The notes: a model not told the origin generated them from the sequence alone. 64,000 nt of DNA from Candidatus Bipolaricaulota bacterium (GCA_025060395.1 JANXCC010000004.1:37454-101453); one strand, 5' to 3'; positions 55,804-63,926 are shown, counted from the stretch's first letter. Translations and numbers: made by a program.

Positions 55804-56520
55804 TTACTCGTTCACTTCAAGGACTGTGCTCAGTATGAGCTCCGTTGAGGTCGCCTGGTAAGCCGCTTGGCCTTCTCCTTCGATCTTGCTTGCTCCCGGC
55901 TGCTCGACCGTCACCGTATAGACCCACTCATGTGATCCCCCCTTGGTAAGCCGTAGGAGCATGAACTCCAAGTCCTCATAAGAGCTCAAAGTATAGGGCA
56001 GGATCTCGCGCCAATAGATATATTCGATATCGCGCTTGGCCGTCACTCGCAGTTTGATCTGAATCGTCTCACCGACTTGGAGGGGTCTGTTGGGGAGGAT
56101 GCGCTCGACGATGACCAGCTCGTTCTCTACCCGTTCGACGCGGAACGCCGGAGGCGGCGGCGCGAGCACGGTGATCTTCGTGCTCGCGGTGTCGGCCTGA
56201 CCCGCTTGGTCGTAGACCGTCAGGTGGATGGTGTACTGCCCGGGCTTGTCAAACGTCGGGGTGATTTGTATCCCAGTAAATTCACGACCATCGCTCAGCT
56301 TCCAGTGGATGAGCACGAGCCCACGGTCGTCCTTTGACTGCGACGCATCCAAGATCACGGTCAACGGGGCAACGCCTGTGCGCTCCTTTTGGCAGTTTGG
56401 ACACTCCAAAGCGATCACAGCCATGGGAGGTTGATCGGGCTTCTCCCCAATCGGAATAGGCTGAGTGCACCCTGCCAGCACCACAAGCGCGAATAAGCTT
56501 ATCACCTTTGAAGATCTCAT
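55804..56520 (-). CDS. PKD-domain lipoprotein
   Basis: Lipobox LAGC. PKD-like APLTVILDAS..WKLSDG...GQYTIHLTVYDQAG. Confidence 0.65.
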   Translation of the reverse strand: MRSSKVISLFALVVLAGCTQPIPIGEKPDQPPMAVIALECPNCQKERTGVAPLTVILDASQSKDDRGLVLIHWKLSDGREFTGIQITPTFDKPGQYTIHLTVYDQAGQADTASTKITVLAPPPPAFRVERVENELVIVERILPNRPLQVGETIQIKLRVTAKRDIEYIYWREILPYTLSSYEDLEFMLLRLTKGGSHEWVYTVTVEQPGASKIEGEGQAAYQATSTELILSTVLEVNE

Positions 56521-56613
56521 GTTCTCATCTCCTTAGCTGAGCTGTTACCCTTAGACTACCCTAAAGGGCATTCACCCAATATCCCAGAGCGCAACAAGGA
56601 CTGTGACGTTGAT

Positions 56614-56670
56614 CACCCTACACCCTTGACTTCCCTCTCCCTTGGAGGGGAGAAGGGTTAGGGAGGGGAG
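56614..56670. repeat. second copy of the G/C-tract palindromic element
   Basis: CACCCTACACCC..TTCCCTCTCCC-ttgga-GGGGAGAAGGGTTAGGGAGGGGAG, an imperfect long hairpin. Its right arm resembles that of 3179..3232. Confidence 0.45.
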
Positions 56671-56677
56671 AAGGAGT

Positions 56678-56706
56678 TTGACAGTTCTCTCTTGATGAGC
56701 TACACT
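56678..56706 (+). promoter_or_regulatory. promoter of the HU-like gene
   Basis: TTGACA 56678..56683, 17-nt spacer, TACACT 56701..56706. Confidence 0.55.
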
Positions 56707-56731
56707 AAACCAAACCCGCGGGGAGGGGCCT

Positions 56732-57064
56732 ATGCGCAAGATCGACTTAGTCGCTCAAGTAGCGCAGCGGACAGGAATGCCTAAGGAGGCCATTTTGAAG
56801 TCATTAAACGCCGCGCTTGCTGTGATCTCGGAGACGATAGCCCAGGGGGAAGAGGTGCGGTTAAAGGGATTTGGGACCTTTGTGGTACGACCGCGTCGCC
56901 CTACGCGGCGCAGCAATCTGTGGACTCGTCAGGTCTTTGCTATCCCAAGCAAGCCGATACCGCGCTTTGTCCCAGGAAAGGCTCTCAAGCAGCGTGTGCT
57001 CAGCAATCTCACCGTAGTAGAACTGCCAAGTGGACGTCTAGCTATCCGTCCAAAGTCTGGCTAG
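56732..57064 (+). CDS. HU/IHF-family DNA-binding protein with a C-terminal extension
   Basis: MRKIDLVAQVAQRTGMPK...VRLKGFGTFVVR...FVPGKALKQRV. Confidence 0.85.
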   Translation: MRKIDLVAQVAQRTGMPKEAILKSLNAALAVISETIAQGEEVRLKGFGTFVVRPRRPTRRSNLWTRQVFAIPSKPIPRFVPGKALKQRVLSNLTVVELPSGRLAIRPKSG

Positions 57065-58509
57065 AGGCGCTTCAAGAATTGCTCCGCTTCGTCTTTGTAA
57101 GAATGGAACGGATCGGCCAGGACGAGGGTGCGCTTAGGCTCGACGAAGACCCCGTCCCACTCGATCATATATTCGCCGACGGTTCGACCCCGTAAGCCGC
57201 GCACGATCAGAGCCCGCCCATAAGCCCTAGTGTCAGAAGGAGGCTCCTCTATAGCTCGTTCGATCTGGGAATTGCTTACGAGCCGCCGTCGCGACTCGAG
57301 CGCATAGTAGAGCCCTTGCTCCGGGTCTATATTGTGATATTCTAAATCTAGGCTATGTAAGGCATCGTCTTGCCAGGTGAGCCCTTCGGCGTCCTTGAAA
57401 AGCTGGATCATGGAGAATTTAGCGACCCAATCGAGGCGGTCAGCCAGCTCCATAGGATCGCGCTCGAGGGCGTCGAGGGTCTCTTCCCATTCGCGCAGGA
57501 CTTCATCGGTCTCCGGATCACGTCCGGCAAAGTGCCGCTGGGCGGCCTGCAGATAGAGGCGTTGCAGGTCGATGGCAGAGATCGTCGAACCATCGTCACG
57601 TCGGACGATCCAGGTGTGTGTCGGATCGCGAGAGATCTCCTTGAGGGCGCGCAATGGCGCGGCCAACTCCACCCCGGAGGGAACGGCTTGTTCTTCTAGC
57701 AGATCCAAGACCAAGATCGTTGTGCCCACCTTGAGAAACGTTGCGTATTCTGAGGGATTGGCCTCGCCAAAGAGCAGGTGGAGTCGTGGGCTGCGGGAGA
57801 GCTCGTACATCTGATCCCACTTGGGATTAATCAGGGCGCGGCTGAAGCGCACCCGCCCGGAGACCGTATGCAGAATATGATCGGCACGTTGAGAGAGCTG
57901 GAAGTCCACGGTTGGATCGGGCTCGACCCCGTAGGCTGAGTCGACAAAGACCGTATCGGCGATATGGCGGGACTTGGTCTGCCACGTGGTAGTCAAGCGA
58001 TGGCCACCGACCCGTCCCGCTCCAGCAAAGATCTGGCGTGTCACTAAGAAGGGGACTAATTTCTCGAGCGCATGCCGCCAGGAGAGCGACTCGGGATCGA
58101 CAGAATAATTCTCATGGCAGCCAAACGTATGGCCCGCAAAGTGATCGACGCTATTGTTATAGAAGCTGACTCGATCGTGGAGGCGGAGATCGCGCAATAC
58201 TTTCAAAATGAGTCGCTGTCCGGCTCGCTCGTAGGCGATCAAGTCGCGTAGCGATCGGCACTCCGGCGTAGCATACTCAAGGTGCGAGCCAACGGCATCG
58301 ATATAGAGCCGTCCCCCGTTGATTAAGAATCCTCCGGCCTCAGCAGGCTCAAAGTACATATCACGAGTATGCAAGTCGAGGAGACCCCAGCGTCTGTTGC
58401 GAAAGACCTCGTCCTTGACCCGCTCCACGATCTCTTCATAGGGCCCAAGTCGGGGATCGCGCACCAGACAGCCAAACTCCGTCTCCAGCCCGACAACGCG
58501 ATGATCCAT
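57061..58509 (-). CDS. pafA: Pup/UBact ligase PafA homolog
   Basis: 482 aa. GLETEFG...LEYATPEC...GCHENY. Lacks the insertion seen in the 501-aa paralog. It is the last gene of the proteasome operon. Confidence 0.8.
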   Translation of the reverse strand: MDHRVVGLETEFGCLVRDPRLGPYEEIVERVKDEVFRNRRWGLLDLHTRDMYFEPAEAGGFLINGGRLYIDAVGSHLEYATPECRSLRDLIAYERAGQRLILKVLRDLRLHDRVSFYNNSVDHFAGHTFGCHENYSVDPESLSWRHALEKLVPFLVTRQIFAGAGRVGGHRLTTTWQTKSRHIADTVFVDSAYGVEPDPTVDFQLSQRADHILHTVSGRVRFSRALINPKWDQMYELSRSPRLHLLFGEANPSEYATFLKVGTTILVLDLLEEQAVPSGVELAAPLRALKEISRDPTHTWIVRRDDGSTISAIDLQRLYLQAAQRHFAGRDPETDEVLREWEETLDALERDPMELADRLDWVAKFSMIQLFKDAEGLTWQDDALHSLDLEYHNIDPEQGLYYALESRRRLVSNSQIERAIEEPPSDTRAYGRALIVRGLRGRTVGEYMIEWDGVFVEPKRTLVLADPFHSYKDEAEQFLKRL

Positions 58510-58546
58510 CGTTCACGCTCCTGTTCATAACATTAGCTGATTGGGA

Positions 58547-59281
58547 TCATCTTGGCAAGAACGGCTTCAGTTCCTGGTCACTCAAGAAGCGGAAGCGGCG
58601 CTCACGCCGCGATACCCGCTCCAGGAAGGCCGCTTCGACCATGCCCGTCTTGAGCGCTTCGGAAAGCACAGCGCGCCATTCAAGCGCGGAGGAAGCTTCG
58701 TGGCGTCCTACCGCCCAGGCCTCGAGCGCCTTCTCCAAGGCCGCGTCTCGTTTGGGCACCTTCTTAGTGAACTCCACGAGCACGCGCTCCATCATCTCGC
58801 GAGCGCGCTCCGTCCCCGCCGCCACTCCAAAGCGATAGGTCAGCGAAAACTCCCCGTCATAGTTGAGCAGATAAAACAGATCGCTGTCGGGAGTATCGCC
58901 CAGCTGTGCAAAGAGCCCGCGCACGACTAAGGGTAATCGTAATGGATCGCTGAAGCTGCGCTTCATGGCTGGGCTGAGCGCCACGCCCACGACCCGTTGG
59001 ATCGAGACGTCTTGAGGGCTACGGGCAAACCCTTCCGCGTGAGCAAAGTCAACAGCGAGCTGGCGAATCGTTTCTAAGTCTGATTGATTGCCTAAGCCCG
59101 CAAATGCCAATCTATCGTAGATCTCGAAGATCTTCTGCTGGTGAGCGCGACGCACCGTCACTAACAAGATCCCTTCGTGACACGAGAGGCCCACGATGGG
59201 GCTCCCCTCGCGTAAGCGATCCTCAACGTAATCGGCCTTCTGACGGAGCGTTTGCTGCCAATCGTAGGGGGTGAATGCCAT
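58547..59281 (-). CDS. prcA: 20S proteasome alpha subunit (bacterial type)
   Basis: KIFEIYDRLAFAGLGNQSDLETIR pattern and no N-terminal Thr. Starts at ATG 59281, or at GTG 59287 overlapping the prcB stop. Confidence 0.85.
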   Translation of the reverse strand: MAFTPYDWQQTLRQKADYVEDRLREGSPIVGLSCHEGILLVTVRRAHQQKIFEIYDRLAFAGLGNQSDLETIRQLAVDFAHAEGFARSPQDVSIQRVVGVALSPAMKRSFSDPLRLPLVVRGLFAQLGDTPDSDLFYLLNYDGEFSLTYRFGVAAGTERAREMMERVLVEFTKKVPKRDAALEKALEAWAVGRHEASSALEWRAVLSEALKTGMVEAAFLERVSRRERRFRFLSDQELKPFLPR

Positions 59282-59283
59282 AG

Positions 59284-60078
59284 TCACTCTTTCAGCAAAG
59301 TCTTTTGGAGGGAGCGTAAGAGCTCTTCGGGGACGTCGGCGACGCCTTCAGCCGTTACGGTCTTAGCGAGGGGCAAGTGGTGATGAATCCCACCGGTTGC
59401 TGTGTCCAGAGACGCCGCGATCTCAAGCAAGAGGAGCGTCTCACGCAGTGCTGCTTCCAGCGTCATAGTGTGAAACGGGCCCTTAGTGCGCACGATATAC
59501 TCGAAGGCACCCCGAATCCGTTCTGCGCCAGAGCCAGCGGCACCGAACTCCCGGCTCTCAAAGCGCGCGCCCATCACATCGTAGAAGAATATACGCCCTT
59601 CATGCTTTTCCCTATCGAAGGCGCTGACGATGGGCAAGAACCCGCCGATCCCCTGAAGAGCCCCGGGGAGAGACCGACTGAGCACGCGCGAGACCTCAGA
59701 GAGTTTGCCCTCCAAACTGAGCTCTTGGAGCTGGCTCCGGGCATAGTACTTAAAAGAATGCTGCAAGAAGCGCACGGCCTCAAACGCTGCGGCGTAAGAC
59801 CCAGCAATAGCGATGAGCGTCTCATCATCGAGCTTTAAGATCTTTTCGGCCTCTTCATAGAAGATCGCGTTGCCCGCTGTAGCACGGCGGTCAGCGACGT
59901 TTAAGACGCCCTTATCGAACTTCACGGCGATGACTGTCGTGCCATGGGCCCAGACCCCGTTGGCACACTGCCCGTGGGTTCTATCTTCGCCGGCTGCAAG
60001 CTGGCGAGGGCGAATATCCCAGACGGAGTCTGGCATCCCATAGGCCTCAAGGAGCTTGGCGAAGTCGCCGTAGCTCAT
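59284..60078 (-). CDS. prcB: 20S proteasome beta subunit with a 46-aa propeptide
   Basis: ATG 60078. The propeptide ends ...VWAHG/TTVIAVKF. Asp17 and Lys33 are in register with Thr1. Confidence 0.9.
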   Translation of the reverse strand: MSYGDFAKLLEAYGMPDSVWDIRPRQLAAGEDRTHGQCANGVWAHGTTVIAVKFDKGVLNVADRRATAGNAIFYEEAEKILKLDDETLIAIAGSYAAAFEAVRFLQHSFKYYARSQLQELSLEGKLSEVSRVLSRSLPGALQGIGGFLPIVSAFDREKHEGRIFFYDVMGARFESREFGAAGSGAERIRGAFEYIVRTKGPFHTMTLEAALRETLLLLEIAASLDTATGGIHHHLPLAKTVTAEGVADVPEELLRSLQKTLLKE

Positions 60079-60082
60079 CGAC

Positions 60083-60253
60083 TCACTCTCCGCTGCGTTG
60101 GCGATAACGCTGCGCTTGCCGCGGGTCGACGCGGCGCATCCGCTCCAAGAGCCTCTCGGTGTCGGGCTTGGGCACATTGGGAGTGCGCGGGCCGTCGTCC
60201 GTGGGCTTGGTCAACGGATCCTGTGGTATGGGTCTTGTGATGCGTTCCGGCAT
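60083..60253 (-). CDS. UBact/Pup-family prokaryotic ubiquitin-like modifier (56 aa)
   Basis: Hand translation gives MPERITRPIPQDPLTKPTDDGPRTPNVPKPDTERLLERMRRVDPRQAQRYRQRSGE-stop. GGAGGA lies 6 nt upstream. Positioned between dop and prcB and absent from the ORF track. Confidence 0.75.
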   Translation of the reverse strand: MPERITRPIPQDPLTKPTDDGPRTPNVPKPDTERLLERMRRVDPRQAQRYRQRSGE

Positions 60254-60256
60254 CGG

Positions 60257-61762
60257 TTATCCTCCTTTCGTCTCAAGAGTCTGCTGTATGATACCCAAAA
60301 GCTCGCGTGGCGTCGAGACCCCCTTCGCCCAGTGAGGGAGCATTGCGACCCGACCGTCGACGAGCGAGCGCAGATCGATCGTGAAGTCTTGGCTGTTGTG
60401 CGAAAGCGTTATTCGCCCCCAGTTGAGCGCCCGGATGGCCGAAGAGAACTTTCTCACGCACAGCCCACGGATGTACGCACGTGTATCGTGTGGGGGGTCA
60501 TGGAGGGCGCGGACGATCTCGTCGTCAGAGACGAGTCGGCGCAGCATCCCTTGATTCTGTAACTCATAGAAGAGACCGCGAGTTGGATCGAGAGCGTGGT
60601 ACTCTAAGTCTAGACTTTGAACGATCTCATCGCGCCAGCTCAGCTTTTCAGTTTCAATAAAAGTCTGGAGCAATTGGCGCTTAGCGACCCAGTCGAGCCG
60701 GTCGGCACAGCGCATCGGATCGGCTTCGAGATCGTCCAGCACAGATTCCCATTCTTTCAGGAGCCAATCGGTCTCAGCGTCGCGATGGCCGAAGAGCTCT
60801 TGGGCGGCTTTCAGATATGCCCGCTGGACCTCAAGGGCTGAGAGAGTGCCTTCTTCTTCAAGCTCGACGAGCCATCTATAAGCTTGATCACGCGAGAGCT
60901 CTTTAAGCGTTTTAATGGGGTCTTTGAGGGTCCCAGGTGGGTCGTAGCCCGCTTCCAATAACCCCACAACCAGGGCTGTTGTACCGACCTTGAGGGCGAG
61001 AGCGTACTCGCTGAGGTTCGCATCCCCGCAGATGACATGCAGTCTTCTATAGAGTCTTTCATCGGCGTGCGGCTCGTCGCGACTATTTATGAGCGGGCGG
61101 CGATCCAGCGTGTCCACGCTGCACAACTCTGTAAAAAAATCAGCGCGCTGGGAGAGCTGAAAGTCGACCCAACTCTCCTCGCCACCGACGCGACCTGCTC
61201 CCGTAAAGAGAATGCGCGTTACCAGAAACGGAATCAGCCCGGCAATCAGCTTCTCGAAGGGGAGTGCCCGTGAGACTAAATAGTTCTCATGGCAGCCGAA
61301 GCTCATGCCGTGATAGTCGATATTGTTTTTAAAGATCGAGACGGAGCGTCTTGTCTTCTGAGCATAGGCTTGGGCTGCCGCCCAGACGATGCGTTCCCCT
61401 GCTTTGTCATGGGCGACAAGCTCCCGAAGTGACCGACACTCGGGGGTACTGTATTCGGGATGGCCGTGATCGTGATAAAAGCGTGCGCCGTTGGCTAAGA
61501 CTTTATCAGCGTGATCTTCAGAAGCACTTAAGTGTTTACGCGAGGGCTTTTCGTAGGCGTCGTCTTTGGGATTAGTTGTTAAAAACGGGGCACGCCAGCC
61601 ACGGGCATCTCGGAGAGGGTCTTCGTCGCGATAGTCCCAGGGCTGGGCAGAAGGCCCAGAATAGCTTTGCACAACGGCGCGGACCTCATCGACGAGATCC
61701 GTGACGTCCACACCATCTATGAGAATACCGTATTCAGTCTCGATGCCAAGCAAGCGATCCAT
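60257..61762 (-). CDS. dop: depupylase/deamidase Dop homolog
   Basis: ATG 61762, 501 aa. GIETEYG...PEYSTPEC...GCHENY. A ~50-residue insertion relative to the pafA paralog sits at the position of the Dop loop. Confidence 0.8.
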   Translation of the reverse strand: MDRLLGIETEYGILIDGVDVTDLVDEVRAVVQSYSGPSAQPWDYRDEDPLRDARGWRAPFLTTNPKDDAYEKPSRKHLSASEDHADKVLANGARFYHDHGHPEYSTPECRSLRELVAHDKAGERIVWAAAQAYAQKTRRSVSIFKNNIDYHGMSFGCHENYLVSRALPFEKLIAGLIPFLVTRILFTGAGRVGGEESWVDFQLSQRADFFTELCSVDTLDRRPLINSRDEPHADERLYRRLHVICGDANLSEYALALKVGTTALVVGLLEAGYDPPGTLKDPIKTLKELSRDQAYRWLVELEEEGTLSALEVQRAYLKAAQELFGHRDAETDWLLKEWESVLDDLEADPMRCADRLDWVAKRQLLQTFIETEKLSWRDEIVQSLDLEYHALDPTRGLFYELQNQGMLRRLVSDDEIVRALHDPPHDTRAYIRGLCVRKFSSAIRALNWGRITLSHNSQDFTIDLRSLVDGRVAMLPHWAKGVSTPRELLGIIQQTLETKGG

Positions 61763-61768
61763 ACAACT

Positions 61769-61777
61769 ATTATGCCA
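61769..61777 (-). promoter_or_regulatory. extended -10 element (TGgCATAAT) giving a leaderless dop transcript
   Basis: The minus strand reads TGGCATAAT-agttgt-ATG, so only 6 nt separate the hexamer from the ATG. Confidence 0.45.
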
Positions 61778-61832
61778 GAAAACCGTTCGAAGTTCGAGTC
61801 TTGCTCTCAGCTTCCGGTGCAGGCAGGAATGG

Positions 61833-61861
61833 TTGACGAGCGGAGCAAGAGCCGTTATAAT
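61833..61861 (+). promoter_or_regulatory. tRNA operon promoter
   Basis: TTGACG 61833..61838, 17-nt spacer, TATAAT 61856..61861, 10 nt before tRNA-Asp. Confidence 0.6.
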
Positions 61862-61871
61862 GTGCCTATGC

Positions 61872-61948
61872 GGGGGTGTGGTGTAGAGGCCTAACACGCT
61901 GCCCTGTCAAGGCAGAGATCGCGGGTTCAAATCCCGTCATCCCCGCCA
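61872..61948 (+). tRNA. tRNA-Asp (GTC), CCA encoded
   Basis: Cloverleaf folded by hand: acceptor GGGGGTG/CATCCCC, D stem GTGT/ACAC, anticodon stem CTGCC/GGCAG with loop CTGTCAA, T arm GCGGG-TTCAAAT-CCCGT, G73, CCA. Confidence 0.93.
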
Positions 61949-62016
61949 GGCCGCCTGGACCGTTCATCTTCGACAGCCGGAGGCTGGCGAAGGCATACAA
62001 GTTCAGACGAAGTCTG

Positions 62017-62089
62017 GCCGAGGTAGCTCAGGTGGTAGAGCACAGGACTGAAAATCCTGGTGTCGGCGGTTCGAGTCCGCCCCTCGGCA
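62017..62089 (+). tRNA. tRNA-Phe (GAA), no encoded CCA
   Basis: Acceptor GCCGAGG/CCTCGGC, D stem GCTC/GAGC, anticodon stem CAGGA/TCCTG with loop CTGAAAA, T arm GGCGG-TTCGAGT-CCGCC, A73. Confidence 0.93.
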
Positions 62090-62172
62090 TTCTTTTCTCA
62101 TCTACTTGCGCTCCCACGCTCTCTTCCGTTAAACTGTGAGCACAAGACTCTATCTTCTAAAGGAGACATAAC

Positions 62173-62553
62173 ATGGCCTATCCCAAAGAGTATCGCTACA
62201 CCAAAGAACACGAATGGGTCAAGCTCGAAAACGGCAAAGCTCGCATCGGGATCACCGACCATGCCCAGCATCAGTTGGGCGATATCGTCTACGTCGAGTT
62301 GCCCAAGATCGGCACTAAGGTCAAACAAATGCAAGAGTTCGCCACCGTCGAGTCCGTCAAGGCCATCTCTCCGATTTATGCCCCTCTCAGTGGTGAGGTC
62401 ATCGACGTCAATAAAGAGCTCGAAACGAAACCCGAATTGATCAATCAATCCCCCCATGAGCAAGGCTGGATCGCTATCATCGCCCCAAGCGATCTCACAG
62501 AGCTCGACTCTCTGCTTACAGCTGAACAATACGAGAGACATATAGGGGCTTGA
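62173..62553 (+). CDS. gcvH: glycine cleavage system protein H
   Basis: YTKEHEWV...VESVKA with the lipoyl-Lys. AAAGGAG precedes the ATG. Confidence 0.95.
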   Translation: MAYPKEYRYTKEHEWVKLENGKARIGITDHAQHQLGDIVYVELPKIGTKVKQMQEFATVESVKAISPIYAPLSGEVIDVNKELETKPELINQSPHEQGWIAIIAPSDLTELDSLLTAEQYERHIGA

Positions 62554-62579
62554 GCCCTTGACCCTCAAAGGAGGTATGA

Positions 62580-63923
62580 ATGACTGCGTTTGAGTTCATC
62601 CCCAACACATTAGAAGATCAGCGCAAGATGCTTGCGGAGATCGGGCTCTCTGATGTTGAGGAGCTCTTTGTGGATATCCCTGCAGAGGTGTTGAAACGAT
62701 TTAAGCCCCTTGGGCTTAAGCCCATCAGCGAGCTTGAGGTCTCTCAACTCGTTAGTCGAATGGCATCCGAGAACGCCCATACGGGACAGTACGTGAGCTT
62801 CCTTGGTGGAGGCATCTATGATCACTATGTTCCGGCAATTATCTCGCATCTCATCTCACGCGGGGAATTCTTGACGTGTTACACCCCCTACCAAGCCGAG
62901 CTTTCCCAAGGGACGCTCACCTGGATGTTTGAGTTCCAGACGATGATCTGCGAGCTGACAGCGATGGAGGTCGCCAACTCTTCTATGTATGACGGCGGCT
63001 CCGCTCTAGCTGAAGCGATGCTCATGGCCAAGAACATCACAGGAAGGAAGAGATTCTTAGTCTCCAAGAGCCTCAATCCCCATCACAGAAGGTGTTTGGA
63101 GACGTATGCCTGGGGCGTGGGCCTAGAGCTGATAGACGTGCCCTTCACCGAGACGGGCCAGCTCGACCGCGCGGCCCTCCAGCCCGGCGAGCTTGATGAT
63201 CTAGGGGGGCTTATCGTGCAGACCCCCAATTTCTTTGGGGTGATCGAAGATCTCTCTGGACTGAAAGAGCTGATCAAAGACGCGTTCTTGATCGTGAGCG
63301 TCAATCCCATATCGCTGGGGCTTTTGGCCCCTCCGGGGCTCTTTGGGGCAGATATCGTCGTAGGGGAGGGGCAGCCCTTGGGCATCCCCCAGAGCTTTGG
63401 CGGCCCGCTCTTGGGGATCTTTGCGACAAGAATGAACTATGTGCGCAGGATGCCGGGGCGCATGTCTGGGCGCACCGTCGACGCCGACGGGCGCGTCGGC
63501 TATGTGATGGCCCTGCAGACGCGAGAACAACACATCCGACGAGAGAAAGCGACGTCGAACATCTGCACCAACCAAGCCTTGATGGCATTGTGTGCGACTA
63601 TTTATATGGCGACTCTGGGGCGGCACGGCCTGCGAAAATTAGCCGAGCTCAACCTTCAGAAAGCCCACTATCTTGCGGAGAAGATCGCCAAGCTCCCAGG
63701 GTTTGCGCTGAGATTTTCCGGGCCGTTCTTCAACGAATTTGTCGTTCGGACCCGCAAGAAGCCCAGCCGTCTGCTCAAGGCGCTTCGCGATGAGGGCTTC
63801 TTAGGAGGGCTCGATCTGGAATCCTACGAACTCCTAGACGGCAATAATCTCCTGGTCGCGGTCACCGAAAAGCGCACCCGCGACGAAATGGATCGCTTCG
63901 TCAAGGTCTTGAAAGGAGCGTAA
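62580..63923 (+). CDS. gcvPA: glycine dehydrogenase (aminomethyl-transferring) subunit 1
   Basis: 447 aa. FLGGGIYDHYVP, YTPYQAELSQG, EKATSNICTNQAL. Confidence 0.95.
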   Translation: MTAFEFIPNTLEDQRKMLAEIGLSDVEELFVDIPAEVLKRFKPLGLKPISELEVSQLVSRMASENAHTGQYVSFLGGGIYDHYVPAIISHLISRGEFLTCYTPYQAELSQGTLTWMFEFQTMICELTAMEVANSSMYDGGSALAEAMLMAKNITGRKRFLVSKSLNPHHRRCLETYAWGVGLELIDVPFTETGQLDRAALQPGELDDLGGLIVQTPNFFGVIEDLSGLKELIKDAFLIVSVNPISLGLLAPPGLFGADIVVGEGQPLGIPQSFGGPLLGIFATRMNYVRRMPGRMSGRTVDADGRVGYVMALQTREQHIRREKATSNICTNQALMALCATIYMATLGRHGLRKLAELNLQKAHYLAEKIAKLPGFALRFSGPFFNEFVVRTRKKPSRLLKALRDEGFLGGLDLESYELLDGNNLLVAVTEKRTRDEMDRFVKVLKGA

Positions 63924-63926
63924 GCT

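Noticed and set aside
58547-60078. Whether the two proteasome-like genes are an HslV paralog or an Anbu/BPH-type orphan peptidase rather than a true 20S.
   Set aside because: They form an alpha (no Thr1) plus beta (propeptide, Thr1/Asp17/Lys33) pair flanked by Dop/PafA paralogs and a Pup-like gene.
60079-60177. A longer prcB ORF starting at 60177 (MCPSPTPRGSWSGC...).
   Set aside because: It overlaps the UBact-like ORF in another frame and lacks an SD. ATG 60078 gives a normal propeptide and tight operon spacing.
61763-61897. A 45-codon N-terminal extension of dop reaching 61897.
   Set aside because: It would run through two promoters and 26 nt of tRNA-Asp. The conserved N-terminus MDRLLGIETEYG starts at ATG 61762.
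62090-62172. A glycine riboswitch ahead of gcvH.
   Set aside because: Only 83 nt are available, and none of the conserved GGAGAG...CACCG-type elements is visible.
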